Positions 63,907-64,000 of a DNA stretch of 64,000 bases are shown here, piece by piece. Source of the stretch: Leucoraja ocellata (Eukaryota); NCBI GenBank assembly GCA_036785375.1, contig JAWMAR010000421.1, positions 1,550,001-1,614,000 of the forward strand, read 5' to 3'. Position 1 is the stretch's first letter, and every line of letters starts with the position of its first letter. The position numbers were made by a program, and so were the translations under genes. The notes under the pieces were generated by a model that made no database searches, had not been told where the DNA came from, and was given only the letters and a program-made list of their open reading frames with translations.

Positions 63907-64000
63907 TTTCATCTCATTATTTCAGAAAGGTTTGTATCTCAAACAGTTTTCCATTAAATTTTAAGCAAATTGGGAAAATAATACCATTATACTACAAAAA

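Overview
Eukaryotic (vertebrate) genomic DNA. The repeat content (HE1-like SINEs, HER1/CR1-like LINEs, Penelope-like fragments) points to a cartilaginous fish, probably a skate or ray; this assignment is inference. The window holds about 14.4 kb of repeat-rich upstream sequence, then the CpG-rich promoter and first 22 coding exons of a + strand RASGRF1 orthologue (ATG at 14655; last exon seen ends at 63059). The exons join into 3204 nt / 1068 codons without a frameshift, covering PH1, coiled-coil, IQ, DH, PH2, REM and the start of the CDC25 domain; the gene continues beyond the window. Main points of interest: (1) an in-frame 21-nt candidate microexon (MLFDSKR) with strong splice sites inside PH2; (2) an RE1/REST-like site 240 bp upstream of the ATG; (3) short palindromic insertions with 14-16 bp target-site duplications that carry a degenerate hammerhead-ribozyme core, probably Penelope-derived; (4) near-identical inverted CR1 copies flanking exons 19-22, which total 354 nt, phase 0 to phase 0 (a circRNA candidate); (5) a GC-AG intron; (6) a roughly 400-bp foldback in intron 1. 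There is a 228-nt assembly gap at 56620-56847. Comparisons to human RASGRF1 are from memory and were not computed.
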